Virus record (IMG/VR): IMGVR_UViG_3300032328_000405
Span: 1 to 52,893 of that record
Direction: 5' to 3' (one strand)
DNA: 52,893 nt
Source of the DNA: a virus
Taxonomy: Duplodnaviria > Caudoviricetes
The notes under the pieces are model-generated. The model saw only the letters and a list, made by a program, of their open reading frames with translations, did no database searches and was not told where the DNA came from. The translations under genes and the position numbers were made by a program. Below, piece after piece: positions 1 through 9,629 of the stretch (the first letter of the stretch is position 1; every line of letters begins with the position of its first letter).

Positions 1-123
1 CACCAAACTCGCATACGTCATCTCAACGGCCATGACAATTCCTTACTTTGCGGCTACGCCCTTGTGCTTCTCAAAACTGCGCATCCCGCCAAACCCAAGT
101 AGTCCAGCAAGTAAAGTCATGAG
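1..123 (+). repeat. Terminal direct repeat, copy 1 (circular contig overlap)
   Basis: Bases 1-123 are identical to 52771-52893; the holin and adaptor ORFs read through the junction. Confidence 0.97.
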
Positions 124-480
124 CTGCTCAACTTGAAGATCCGGTGGCGGAGCCAAACCTGCAGGAATCCATTCTACTCCCTGCCCGAACGCCCAAACCC
201 ATTGCATTAAGGGGTACCCGAGGAATTGGTAAGCGAGGCCAAGCACCCCAATCCAACCGACAGCAGGGCGCCAGCCAGAGACAAATAGGCTACTACTCGC
301 CGCTTCAATCTTATTGACATCAACTTGCGCGAGGTCTGTAGTCTGGTCAATGCGCTTTTCCTCAAGGTCCAGTTTCCGGTCTTCCAGCGCCATCTGGAGG
401 CGTTCTTTATCCGTTGTATATAACGAGTCCGCAACCTTGCCAACGCCTTCAATGATGCTTCCTATACCAATAAGATCCAT
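43..480 (-). CDS. Holin, 3TM/GTA-holin type
   Basis: 145 aa; N-terminal coiled segment, 'FVSGWRPAVGW' motif, hydrophobic helices, 'LLGFGGMRSFEK' C-terminus; lies in the lysis cluster. Confidence 0.85.
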   Translation of the reverse strand: MDLIGIGSIIEGVGKVADSLYTTDKERLQMALEDRKLDLEEKRIDQTTDLAQVDVNKIEAASSSLFVSGWRPAVGWIGVLGLAYQFLGYPLMQWVWAFGQGVEWIPAGLAPPPDLQVEQLMTLLAGLLGFGGMRSFEKHKGVAAK

Positions 481-998
481 CAGACGTTCTCCGTTCTCGC
501 AAGTTCAGCCTGCGCTCTTGCTGATACTGCGTCTTTAATCGAATCAAATAGACCAACATGAGTAGGCTTGCCTTGTTTACTAATCTGCACAACCCATTTG
601 TTTGAGGCTTTGTGCCAAGACACGCCTTGAACACCACTTGTGTTATCGCTACGAACTGAAGCATTCTGGGCGTTTAGTTCCGCTGACGCCAACCTAGGAT
701 TACAAATTCTGTTGTCCGACCGATTTCGGTTGATGTGGTCAAGCCATTCAGTTGGCAGAAACCCGTGAACGTACAGCCACGCTAGCCTGTGTGCTTTGTA
801 TAAAAAACCGTTGAGCCTAATAACCAAGTAGCCTTCTTCGCTCAAATGACCGCACGCTTTTCCCGGATACATACTATTAAACACTCTTTGACGCCGTTCG
901 CTCTTAAAATGCTCTAGGGGTCTCACTTTCCAAAAAAACGCTCCCGTTTTTGGGTTGTAGTCCAGACAATCTTTAATGTACGTTTGCGTCAAATCCAT
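480..998 (-). CDS. HNH homing endonuclease with C-terminal AP2-like domain
   Basis: 'YKAHRLAWLY..LDHINRNRSDNRICN' HNH motif and 'NTSGVQGVSW..WVVQI..HVGLF' AP2-like motif. Confidence 0.9.
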   Translation of the reverse strand: MDLTQTYIKDCLDYNPKTGAFFWKVRPLEHFKSERRQRVFNSMYPGKACGHLSEEGYLVIRLNGFLYKAHRLAWLYVHGFLPTEWLDHINRNRSDNRICNPRLASAELNAQNASVRSDNTSGVQGVSWHKASNKWVVQISKQGKPTHVGLFDSIKDAVSARAQAELARTENV

Positions 999-1513
999 TA
1001 TTTCAAACCTTTAAGAGTGCGGTTGACCCAGCCTAATAAGAATTTGGACTGATTGCGGTTCTTGTTGCAGATGTCAGCGTAACGGGTGATCTTAGCTAGG
1101 GCATAGGATTTCTTGAACGATTCGGGTTCAGCATTGTTGAACTTCTGTAACGTAACAGGCCCAACCGCGCCGTCTGGGGTGGCACCAACAATCAACTGTG
1201 CCAACTTAACCGCAACCCCCATGCCAGTGTTTACGCCGAAGTTGAAAACCGATTCTGCAACAACTTGGTTCGTAATCTCATCCCCTCTAAGACGATCCCA
1301 AAACTCAGTCTTATAAAATCCACGCACCATTCCAGTAAGGAGCGGATTGTTGATTTCTTTGTGGTCGATGAGGTTCCATCCGCCCCACTGAGGGTTTTTG
1401 TTTCGTGCAATCCCAGCATAGGTCATCCCACCCGTATCACCGGGGACTGTGTGTAAAACGTAGCCGCCCTCGTCGCGGATCATTTGCTCAAAGGCGGCGT
1501 TGAAGTCAGCCAT
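998..1513 (-). CDS. Endolysin, glycoside hydrolase family 108 with peptidoglycan-binding domain
   Basis: 'EGGYV..DTGGMTYAGI' catalytic motif, 'FNFGVNTG', 'DGAVGPVT', 'KFLLGWVNR'. Confidence 0.92.
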   Translation of the reverse strand: MADFNAAFEQMIRDEGGYVLHTVPGDTGGMTYAGIARNKNPQWGGWNLIDHKEINNPLLTGMVRGFYKTEFWDRLRGDEITNQVVAESVFNFGVNTGMGVAVKLAQLIVGATPDGAVGPVTLQKFNNAEPESFKKSYALAKITRYADICNKNRNQSKFLLGWVNRTLKGLK

Positions 1514-1670
1514 TTTGCTTGTCCTTCATCTTGTTGATGATCTCAAAGGCGCTCTTTACCTTTTCCTCAAGCACGGCAACCCTCAGATCAAGCTTTGACA
1601 GCACGACGATGAGCGTGACAAGTCCCAGCAATACCGGCCAGGCTTTAAGGAAAAGTTCAGCAATTTCCAT
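1506..1670 (-). CDS. Small membrane protein (54 aa, lysis-associated), absent from the ORF track
   Basis: MEIAELFLKAWPVLLGLVTLIVVLSKLDLRVAVLEEKVKSAFEIINKMKDKQNG; one TM helix plus coiled coil; overlaps the endolysin start. Confidence 0.75.
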   Translation of the reverse strand: MEIAELFLKAWPVLLGLVTLIVVLSKLDLRVAVLEEKVKSAFEIINKMKDKQNG

Positions 1671-1718
1671 GTCCGCCCTTTAATTTGGCCCCGGCAGATC
1701 ACCACCAGGGCCCTGTTC

Positions 1719-1931
1719 TTACTCGTCGTCTTCTTCGCCGTCCTCGCCCTCTTCTTCTTCAGCCTTGTCTGCAATCTCAAAATGAGCAGACACCTGAGCA
1801 TCAAACAAACGGGTCAAGGTGAACTCACTGATGCCATTCTCAGCGGCAACCGCAAAAGCAACAGAAAACAGAGAATTCAAGGCCTCGAGCGGCGTTGAAC
1901 CATCAATAACCTCAATGATCAAATCGTCCAT
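1719..1931 (-). CDS. Small acidic hypothetical protein
   Basis: 70 aa, very acidic C-terminal tail, AGGGGG RBS, TAAAAT -10-like box upstream. Confidence 0.7.
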   Translation of the reverse strand: MDDLIIEVIDGSTPLEALNSLFSVAFAVAAENGISEFTLTRLFDAQVSAHFEIADKAEEEEGEDGEEDDE

Positions 1932-1989
1932 GAAAACCCCCTAGAATTGATTGGGCAAGCGCCCGAGGGAATTTTACACCAAGGAAAAC

Positions 1990-2181
1990 TCACCCCTGGA
2001 ACTTTAATATGATCGTCACAAGCAGGCCAATAATAGCCCCGGCGCCTGTAATAAATACCTGCTCAAGCCGCTTGATTCGTGCGTGAACGCCTCGCATCTC
2101 TTTCTCAATACCCTCGTACCTGACGGCGCACACATCAACGTGGGCATCAATTTTGTGATCAATGTCTGATACGGTAACCAT
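1990..2181 (-). CDS. Small membrane protein (coiled coil plus C-terminal TM, XhlA/holin-accessory-like)
   Basis: 63 aa; 'HVDVCAVRYEGI..RIKRLE' followed by a hydrophobic helix. Confidence 0.7.
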   Translation of the reverse strand: MVTVSDIDHKIDAHVDVCAVRYEGIEKEMRGVHARIKRLEQVFITGAGAIIGLLVTIILKFQG

Positions 2182-2191
2182 ATTAGTCAGC

Positions 2192-3424
2192 TCACGGGAT
2201 TGTGGTTAAGGTATAAGTAGCTGATGCGTTAGATACTGACGCAGCGAAATTAGTTTCTGCGGCAGTTGTTGAAGCAAACGAAATCGGCGTAGAGGTAAAT
2301 GTATATGTCACAGAGGAAAACGTTTTTGAAATATTTGCATAAGTAACAGTTGACGCGCCCGCGGTGTAGGTCCCAGTCAACGAACCATTATTTGGAACGG
2401 AAAACAAAACCGAATGGGTGCCGAAGGTCGAAGAGCGTAACTGTACGCAAATAGAGTTGTTCAAATTGTTTACAGTTATGGAGGCCACGGCAGCAGTACC
2501 CATACCACTATTAAAAAAACTTCTTTGCCAAATAATGTTGCCGCTATTGCTAACTTTTAATAGAACGCCAACATTATTAGTTGAGTCATACCCCCCCGCA
2601 TAAATGTTGTCTGCGCTATCTACTGCAAGGCAAGTAAAAAGCGAAGATGACAGGGTTCTAGCCCATACAAACGTTCCGGTGGTGGCATTTAATTTAACGA
2701 CAGCAGAGGTTGAGCCGACCGCATAAACGGCACCGTTGGATTCAACAGCTTGGGAAACTCTTGTAAGACTAGAGCTTGCGGACCTCCACAAGAATGAAAT
2801 GTTTGAGTCGACCTTTGTTAATCCAGTGATGTTTCCGTTAAAGGTATCACCCATGTATGCTGTGTCGCCGCTTCCCCCTCCGACAAAACGCGGGACCCCA
2901 CTAGTGTTATTGTATCTTTTTTTTGCAGCTATTGTGGTTCCGGATAGCTTAAAATAATACGCATTTCCAGTTGAAAGTGTGCCAGAAAAAAATATACTAC
3001 CAATTTCCGACGATACTATGCTGTTAAAAAAAACTCCGGTGGAAAAAGAAACGAAAGCGGAGGAATAATAAATGTTTCCGTCGCTGTCTAACAATTCAAT
3101 TGACGGAGGGGCAGTGACAGGGCCACCTCTATCGCCAACTAACCCAATCAAATTTGAGCTTGACGCAATAGTTCTCTCAACGTCTACATTAGCTCCTGAT
3201 TGGTTGAGGACGTTCTTTTGCCAAATAAGTGTGCCGTCTGGTCCGATCTTCATAATCAAACCATCATCATCACCGGCATAAATGTTGTTGTTTGAGTCGC
3301 TCGACATTGGCTCAGTGAAAACACCAATCCGCGACATCCATCCGGTACCAGAGATGCCAGTTATGTTATAAAAGTCACCAAATCCTCGAGCGGACGCGGC
3401 ACCTAGTGTTGCAAGTACAGGCAT
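2192..3424 (-). CDS. Tail-fibre-associated beta-propeller protein (putative receptor binding)
   Basis: Repeated 'DSxxNIYAG..K..GxxIWQ' blade motifs; N-terminal 'MPVLATLGAASARGFG'; within the fibre cluster. Confidence 0.65.
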   Translation of the reverse strand: MPVLATLGAASARGFGDFYNITGISGTGWMSRIGVFTEPMSSDSNNNIYAGDDDGLIMKIGPDGTLIWQKNVLNQSGANVDVERTIASSSNLIGLVGDRGGPVTAPPSIELLDSDGNIYYSSAFVSFSTGVFFNSIVSSEIGSIFFSGTLSTGNAYYFKLSGTTIAAKKRYNNTSGVPRFVGGGSGDTAYMGDTFNGNITGLTKVDSNISFLWRSASSSLTRVSQAVESNGAVYAVGSTSAVVKLNATTGTFVWARTLSSSLFTCLAVDSADNIYAGGYDSTNNVGVLLKVSNSGNIIWQRSFFNSGMGTAAVASITVNNLNNSICVQLRSSTFGTHSVLFSVPNNGSLTGTYTAGASTVTYANISKTFSSVTYTFTSTPISFASTTAAETNFAASVSNASATYTLTTIP

Positions 3425-3426
3425 GA

Positions 3427-5031
3427 TTAGGCAAACCTAATCTGGGCAGCCAATACCGTATACGAGGACGGCCCTGTACGGATAATGGTGTAAGTGTATA
3501 CGTCGATGCTGTTTGCATTACCCGATGTAGGCGCCGTTCCACCCTGCCACCTTAATGCAGCAGGAGCCGCTCCATCAATTGTCACCGCTGACCCGCCAAC
3601 CGACAATGCGCTGTTATAGGCGCTAGTTACCGCGCCAATCTGGGCAAGAACGGCAACAGTTACCGATTGCCCCTGGCTCATGAAGGAACTTAGGGGGGTC
3701 CCGCTGCTCGCACGGAAGTTAAGCGACCAAGGATTTGTTGTGGCGGTGTTATAGAAGATTACCGACTGAGTAGCAATGTCAATGTTGATTGCGCCAGATA
3801 TTGCTGAACCCGTAACCGTGCAGGCCTCGAGTGCATTGTCCAAGATCATGGACGGGACGCTGCTTGACCCGGCAAATGTCTGTGTAGCGGTGAAGGTTCC
3901 CGCATTCGAAAACCGAGGGACCACTGTGGTGTCAATCGCCACGCTGCCCGTTCCGGTGATCGTCGTGAAGCTCATCCCGGTGCCGGCGGAGACGCCCGTG
4001 ACGGGGTTATCCCATGTAAAGGCGCTGCCGTTGTATTTGAGGTAGCTCGATCCCGTAGGGGCGTCAATGAAGGTGGTGCTGCCAACGTTGCTCTGGTAGG
4101 GGATCTTGTTTGTTGCGCCGCCCGATAGATTGGCAACTGAACTAACAGATCCTGGGGTCGTCCATGCCGGGATCTGTGCCGACGTTAATGTCAGAACTTG
4201 TCCACTAGTGCCGGCAGCCAAGAATGTTGTTGTGCTTGAGGCTGATTGATACGGCAAAGACCCCGCAGCTCCGCCCGTAATATTGGCAACGGACGACGGG
4301 AAGCTCAATGTACTCCAAGCAGGAATCTGGCTTGAATTCAACGTCAGAATCTGGCCACTAGTCCCCGGCGCCAAGAATGCGGTTGCGTTAACGGCAGACT
4401 GATACGCAAGAGCCCCAGCCGTGCCGCCAGCCAGGTTTGACGCTAGGGTTGATGTGCCGGCCGTGGTCCATGTAGGAACGCCGCCTGAGGACATTGTGAG
4501 GACAGTGCCACTAGCCCCCGCGGCAAGGAAAGTAGTAGCTCCAACGCCTGATTGGTAGGGGATAGAGCCGGCCGCGCCGCTTGCTAGGTTGGTCGCGGTG
4601 CTAGCAGTCCCAGCAAGCGAGGCGGTGATGGTTCCGGCCGCAAAGTTGCCCGATGCATCGCGCTTGACGATTGTTGAGGGAGTATTGGCGTTCGTCGGGG
4701 TAATCCAGGTAGGGGCCCCTGTGCCATTAGAACTCAATAGATCGCCCGTGGTGCCTACCGCAGTAAAGAGATAGGTCGTAGCTCCACCATAAGCAATCCC
4801 GCCCTGTGTGAGCGTTTGTATGCCTGTCCCGCCCGTGTTTACCGGAAGAGGGTTGGTTGCGGCCGCCTTCGTTGCGATCGTCTGCAGGCTTCCGGAGTTA
4901 TCCTTATAGAAAAGCTTCCCGTCGGTGATGTTGATGGCAAGTTCACCCGCCGCCAGGTTTGTAGTAGACGGTGTGGCTCCGCCGTTAGCACTGTAATAGA
5001 GCTGGATCGGGGTGAAGGTTGCCTGTGCCAT
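3427..5031 (-). CDS. Tail fibre protein
   Basis: 534 aa, G/T/S/A-rich; 'LAAGELAINITDGKLFYKD' N-terminal motif; four ~51-aa internal repeats. Confidence 0.8.
   Translation of the reverse strand: MAQATFTPIQLYYSANGGATPSTTNLAAGELAINITDGKLFYKDNSGSLQTIATKAAATNPLPVNTGGTGIQTLTQGGIAYGGATTYLFTAVGTTGDLLSSNGTGAPTWITPTNANTPSTIVKRDASGNFAAGTITASLAGTASTATNLASGAAGSIPYQSGVGATTFLAAGASGTVLTMSSGGVPTWTTAGTSTLASNLAGGTAGALAYQSAVNATAFLAPGTSGQILTLNSSQIPAWSTLSFPSSVANITGGAAGSLPYQSASSTTTFLAAGTSGQVLTLTSAQIPAWTTPGSVSSVANLSGGATNKIPYQSNVGSTTFIDAPTGSSYLKYNGSAFTWDNPVTGVSAGTGMSFTTITGTGSVAIDTTVVPRFSNAGTFTATQTFAGSSSVPSMILDNALEACTVTGSAISGAINIDIATQSVIFYNTATTNPWSLNFRASSGTPLSSFMSQGQSVTVAVLAQIGAVTSAYNSALSVGGSAVTIDGAAPAALRWQGGTAPTSGNANSIDVYTYTIIRTGPSSYTVLAAQIRFA
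4009..4596 (-). repeat. Four tandem ~51-aa repeats within the tail fibre
   Basis: Consensus 'ANLxGGxAGxxPYQSxxxxTTFLAxGxSGQVLTLxSxxxPxWTT' seen four times in the translation. Confidence 0.85.
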
Positions 5032-5085
5032 GTTTACACCACCGGGCAGACAACGTTGAGCAAAAATCGACTTTGAATATATTTT

Positions 5086-5424
5086 TTACTCATCGTTAGC
5101 CACCCAAGATAGTGTTGGTTCATCCCAGTAGTAACGCTGACCATCAACAGGCATCGCAACGGGGGCATCCCACTGGCAGGTTTCTTCGTTCAAAACCCAT
5201 GACGGGAACGGCTGCGGAGGAATAAACGCATTACGCATTGAATCGTATGTGTAGCCGATGCCAGCGTAATTTTTGCGGAATCCGTCCGTGCGTGAACGCT
5301 TGCAGACTTGCCCACGAAACTCACCGTACCATTGTTCCCAATCGGTGTTATCTGAGCCTTGTTCTTTACCGGGTATGACTTGAGTTACAACATTATTTTC
5401 ATCAAGGTAAGCGTAGTAATCCAT
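5086..5424 (-). CDS. Tail-fibre-associated small protein (assembly/chaperone-like)
   Basis: 'YAYLDENNVVTQVI..FRKNYAGIGYTYD..FIPPQPFPSWVLNE..W' family pattern; follows the Gly-rich fibre gene. Confidence 0.75.
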   Translation of the reverse strand: MDYYAYLDENNVVTQVIPGKEQGSDNTDWEQWYGEFRGQVCKRSRTDGFRKNYAGIGYTYDSMRNAFIPPQPFPSWVLNEETCQWDAPVAMPVDGQRYYWDEPTLSWVANDE

Positions 5425-5429
5425 GATTA

Positions 5430-6326
5430 TTACCAAGTGATAGTGCCGTTACCGGCTGTAAATTTGTAAACTTTATAGCCAGATCTGCTTGTGGTGTCTA
5501 AAGTGAAAGTAAGACCACTAATAGTCGTTATATTTGCAAATGTATTTGGATAAGCGATAATTACTACACCAGCAGAACCATTTCCGCCATTATTGTTCTC
5601 AAGGCCTCCACCGCCGCCGCTTCCTCTATTAGCTGGTGATGCTGCTGACCCCGCCCCTGATGATGACCCGTTTCCTCCAATGGAAGATCCACCAGTTCCA
5701 GCAGTTGGGTTGTTGGCATTTGTTCCACCGCCGCCGCCACCACCATAGAAATAATTGTTGCCGTCTATGTTGTTTTGAGTACCAGCACCGCCGTTACCGC
5801 CTACAGACGCTCCTATACCTGTTCCATTAGCACCCACCTCTGCACTACCGCCACCACCGCCACCAGCAGCATAGGTTGGAATTGAAGCTGTTGCTACGCC
5901 ACCATTGTTACCTTGAGACGGGGATGTGCTTGGTGTATTTCCTTGACCCGGTAATGTGTTTGCTGTGTGCGCGTTACCACCCCCAGAACCTCCATTGGCT
6001 CCACCTGAAGATCCGGGCGCTCCAGTGAAACCGCCGCCACCTCCGCCGCCAGTCGATGTAATGGTGCTAAATACAGAATCAGAACCTGAATTTCCTGTTT
6101 TTGACCCAGACGTTCCACCAGCACCAAACGAGCCAACAGTTACTGTGTAACCAGTGCCTGCCGAAACAGCAAACGATGCAGATGTTCTATAACCACCGGC
6201 AGCGCCGCCGCCACCAATGCCATAACCGCCACCTCCACCACCAGCAAGCACCAAGTATTCAACAGAAGTTGGGGCTGTTGGTGCAGCAGGTTTCCCGCCC
6301 AACACAGCAAGCATAATCCCACTCAT
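5430..6326 (-). CDS. Glycine-rich tail fibre/tip protein
   Basis: 'VEYLVLAGGGGGG', many Gly runs, 'GSAGVVIIAYP', 'YKFTAGNGTITW'. Confidence 0.8.
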   Translation of the reverse strand: MSGIMLAVLGGKPAAPTAPTSVEYLVLAGGGGGGYGIGGGGAAGGYRTSASFAVSAGTGYTVTVGSFGAGGTSGSKTGNSGSDSVFSTITSTGGGGGGGFTGAPGSSGGANGGSGGGNAHTANTLPGQGNTPSTSPSQGNNGGVATASIPTYAAGGGGGGSAEVGANGTGIGASVGGNGGAGTQNNIDGNNYFYGGGGGGGTNANNPTAGTGGSSIGGNGSSSGAGSAASPANRGSGGGGGLENNNGGNGSAGVVIIAYPNTFANITTISGLTFTLDTTSRSGYKVYKFTAGNGTITW

Positions 6327-6736
6327 GACACGTTGCCCGTTAGCACACAGTTGGTTGCGTCAATAAACAGAACGGTGCAAACGCCGCGAGTTGCCAGCGT
6401 TGCAGAAGTCACCGTTGTGTTACTTCCAGCAATTTTGGTTGTTACCGCAGAACAAGTAATTGTCAAGTTACCAGTCGTGTTGTTGTACAAAGAAACGGCA
6501 TCACCCGCAGCAAAAATAGATGCAGGGACAGTTACGCCAGCAGCAAGCGGTAAAAATTTACCAACGTCTGCCGCTACAAGTGTCCCAGTTGTTGCGCTAG
6601 AAGGAATGTTCAAATACCCAAGAGTCACCGCGTCCGTAGCCGGTAGCGTCTGGGTAAGTGTGCTTCCAGTATTAGCCGATTGCAACACCGAGGTTCCAGC
6701 CCCACTAGCATTGCCTTGAAGTTTGATTGCGCTCAT
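6323..6736 (-). CDS. Tail fibre component
   Basis: 137 aa, T/A-rich, translationally coupled within the fibre cluster. Confidence 0.7.
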   Translation of the reverse strand: MSAIKLQGNASGAGTSVLQSANTGSTLTQTLPATDAVTLGYLNIPSSATTGTLVAADVGKFLPLAAGVTVPASIFAAGDAVSLYNNTTGNLTITCSAVTTKIAGSNTTVTSATLATRGVCTVLFIDATNCVLTGNVS

Positions 6737-6748
6737 GATTAAAATCCT

Positions 6749-7288
6749 TTAATAAACAGTTACAACCCAAGCCTGTCCTGTACCTACGGTTACTGCGTAT
6801 CCGGTAGCTACTGACACCGGCCCAACACTAAATCCATTAGTGTTGCTAGTCAGCGTGTAGTTTTGACTTATAACAATTTGCGATTCAAGAATTGGACCGC
6901 CCCCACTAGCAGGAGTAGCCCAAGTACCGTCGCCTCTCCAAAACGTCGTGCTAGATGCTGACGTTCCGCTATTGAGGTTTGTAACTGGCAAATTGCCGGT
7001 AACTTGGCTTGCAAGGTTGACGTTAGCTAACGTGCCGCCGAGTGTTAAATTGCCTGTGCTAGTAACAGTTCCGGTAAGTGTAATGCCGTTTACTGTTCCC
7101 GTGCCGACAACAGAAGCTACTGTGCCGGAGTTGCCCGCATAAGCAAGACTGTTCCAAGCAGTTGTGCCGTCACCAAACTTTTGTTTTCTGGTGTCGGTTT
7201 CAATTCCAACCTCGCCAGCAGCAAGCGTTGGGTTGGCACTAGCCCATTGCGCGGCAGTTCCGTTTCTGGTTTGAATTTGCACCGGCAT
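6749..7288 (-). CDS. Tail fibre protein with Mtd-N/hyaluronidase-N-like domain
   Basis: '[44 protein letters not shown]'. Confidence 0.8.
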   Translation of the reverse strand: MPVQIQTRNGTAAQWASANPTLAAGEVGIETDTRKQKFGDGTTAWNSLAYAGNSGTVASVVGTGTVNGITLTGTVTSTGNLTLGGTLANVNLASQVTGNLPVTNLNSGTSASSTTFWRGDGTWATPASGGGPILESQIVISQNYTLTSNTNGFSVGPVSVATGYAVTVGTGQAWVVTVY

Positions 7289-9291
7289 TATGGTGCCCCC
7301 CCATCAATTGGCGATATAGCATTATAACTAGAAGATGGTGTTCCGCCATCAAGATTGGGACTTCCACCGCTTTGGGGTACCCAAGACAATGTGCCAGATC
7401 CATTGGTAGACAGCACTTGAGATGACGCGCCATCCACGCCCGGCAACGTCCAGGTCAAATTGGTCCCCACAACCGAAGGCGCCCTAAATGCCACCCAGTT
7501 ACTATTGTCAAGGTCCCCGAATCTAACTGATCCCTGGCCACCAACCTGGAAATTGCTACCGTTCCAGGTCAGATTAGAAGAGCCGCCAAACGCATTTTTG
7601 TTGTTAAATTGGATTTGAGTATCTGAGCCACCAGGAGACCCACCAGTTGCATAGTTGGGAATATTTAGGGTGGTCCCATTAAAAGTAGCCGCGCCGCTCG
7701 TCCCGGTTGTGGTCAAAGTAACCGGAGACTGGTAATCTGTATTTGCAGTCGCAGCGCTAATCGCAGTCCCGTCGCCCTTTAAGATCCCCGTTACAGTAGT
7801 AGACAGGGTAATCGCAGGCGTTGATGAAGAGGTTGCTACAGAGCCAGCCAGCCCATTAGCAGGGACAACAGAAACCGAGGTCACACTTCCAGCCGAACCC
7901 CAAGATGCACTCGTGCCATTAGTAGTTAAAAATTTTCCATTGTTTGACGTTTGGGACGGCAATAGAGCGTTAATAGCATCGGCGGCGTTAGCCTTACCCG
8001 TCCCTCCTTGAGAGATTGCTACGGTGCCGGTGGTGACTTGGCTGCCACTAATTGCAATCGCGGTATTGATTGCCCCAGTGATTTGACCTTGAGCGTTTAC
8101 AGCAATCTGAGGTACTTGAGTTCCAGAGCCGTATGTACCAGAAGATACGCCCGTATTCGTAATGCTAAATTGGTTTGTCCCAGACAGGCTCAGCCCGGTG
8201 CCATTTGAATAGGTAGCAATCCCCGACCCAAACTGGACAAATACAAGGCTGGTGGTGCCGATCGTGATTGGCTGCAGGGTCGTCTGAACCCATGAAGTGT
8301 TTGCGTTTGTGGCGCCACTCAGAACAAGGGTAAAGTCGCCAGAGTCAACGTTAAGGTAAGTTGATCCAGGCGTGTTGTAGTCCGTCGCTCGAGTCAAAAT
8401 GAACGGAGTCGAGACAGAGCCGACCTGGGTGACTGTGTAAATCCCGTTTTGCAGCTGAAAGGACTGGTTCTTTACGAGGACTCGATTCCCAGCAACAATC
8501 GTCGCCGAGTCAATTAAAAGTTCGCCATTTGAGATAGCGGTCAGGGTTGCGCCGACCCCAGAAGAGCCATTGTTATATGTGCAATCTGGTAGAAAATCGG
8601 CAGTTGCAAAATCGCAACTCTGATGGAAAGTTAGCCCAGCAGCAGTGGCATCAGCGTAGGCCTTGTTAACAATATCGTTATTACCAACTGGAGTGGCAAT
8701 AATTGTTCCTGTTGAAGAATTTACTGCTGAAAACCTACCAACCGCGGGGGTTGTGGCCCCGATAGCCATATTGTCAATGGTGCCGCCAGAAAACGCTCCA
8801 CCGGCAATGGTTTTCCCTGTAAAGACAAGAGACCCCGACAACGAAAGAACAGGGGTGATGCCGCCGGTTGAATTGATCTCGTTCGCAGTTCCAGTTACGC
8901 TGACAACCCCACCGCCACTCCCAGCAGCAGACCACTCAACATCTGTAGCAGTAGGGTTTACCCGCAGCACATACGATTCATTCCCCGCATAGCTGGGTAG
9001 GATATTTGCTCGAGCAGTCGCCGCAGTAGTTCCGCCGGTGCCGCCACTCCCAACCGCAAGCTTCCCACCTAGTGTGATGACCCCAGACGTAGTAATTGGG
9101 CCGCCAGAAGTCGTTAGGCCAGTATCCCCACCTGAGACATCGACAGACTTAACAGACCCGCTACCACCGCCACCGCCACCGATAGCCCCGGTAGTCGTGC
9201 GGACCGTCTGCCCGTTCTGAACAACAGGAACAAGCTCCGTTCCGGTTAGAGCCTGGGCCGCTGGAAGTTGGGTAATCGTTACATTAGCCAT
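7288..9291 (-). CDS. Long tail fibre protein
   Basis: 667 aa, G/T/S-rich; '[15 protein letters not shown]', 'RVLVKNQ..NGIY..LTRATD' phage fibre motifs. Confidence 0.8.
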   Translation of the reverse strand: MANVTITQLPAAQALTGTELVPVVQNGQTVRTTTGAIGGGGGGSGSVKSVDVSGGDTGLTTSGGPITTSGVITLGGKLAVGSGGTGGTTAATARANILPSYAGNESYVLRVNPTATDVEWSAAGSGGGVVSVTGTANEINSTGGITPVLSLSGSLVFTGKTIAGGAFSGGTIDNMAIGATTPAVGRFSAVNSSTGTIIATPVGNNDIVNKAYADATAAGLTFHQSCDFATADFLPDCTYNNGSSGVGATLTAISNGELLIDSATIVAGNRVLVKNQSFQLQNGIYTVTQVGSVSTPFILTRATDYNTPGSTYLNVDSGDFTLVLSGATNANTSWVQTTLQPITIGTTSLVFVQFGSGIATYSNGTGLSLSGTNQFSITNTGVSSGTYGSGTQVPQIAVNAQGQITGAINTAIAISGSQVTTGTVAISQGGTGKANAADAINALLPSQTSNNGKFLTTNGTSASWGSAGSVTSVSVVPANGLAGSVATSSSTPAITLSTTVTGILKGDGTAISAATANTDYQSPVTLTTTGTSGAATFNGTTLNIPNYATGGSPGGSDTQIQFNNKNAFGGSSNLTWNGSNFQVGGQGSVRFGDLDNSNWVAFRAPSVVGTNLTWTLPGVDGASSQVLSTNGSGTLSWVPQSGGSPNLDGGTPSSSYNAISPIDGGAP

Positions 9292-9627
9292 TTATATCTC
9301 AATACTATCCAGGTTGCCGTTATTCTCTGGCGTCTGCGTATTCTGCTCCGGCGACAATACAAAGGTACCGTATTCGCCAGTCGTGAGGTTGTTATCCTCA
9401 ACCGCAATGCTTTCGTCAGGGCGTGGAAAGCGTATTGTAATCTTTTCTGTCTTTGCTGCCGGCAATCTATACGGATCAAAGTTATCCGCGCAACCCTGAT
9501 CACATACCTGCAGGCCAGGAAAGTTAGGATCGGACCTCATAACAGCATGGGCCCTCTTCATCTTGCAACGGTCACAGATTGCGATCGCAAGATCCGACAA
9601 GCCCCTTGTATCAAGATATAGAGGCAT
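9292..9627 (-). CDS. Hypothetical virion-cluster protein with Cys motif
   Basis: 'AICDRC..LQVC..C.D.FDP..RPD'. Confidence 0.7.
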   Translation of the reverse strand: MPLYLDTRGLSDLAIAICDRCKMKRAHAVMRSDPNFPGLQVCDQGCADNFDPYRLPAAKTEKITIRFPRPDESIAVEDNNLTTGEYGTFVLSPEQNTQTPENNGNLDSIEI

Positions 9628-9629
9628 TA

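Noticed and set aside
1-123. 123-bp terminal repeat as a biological direct terminal repeat
   Set aside because: It cuts through the holin and adaptor genes mid-operon, which fits assembler overlap on a circular or permuted genome better
480-998. Group I intron around the HNH gene
   Set aside because: The flanking genes are intact and directly overlap the ORF, leaving no space for a ribozyme core
6749-7288. Diversity-generating retroelement suggested by the Mtd-N-like domain
   Set aside because: No reverse transcriptase and no template/variable repeat pair were seen
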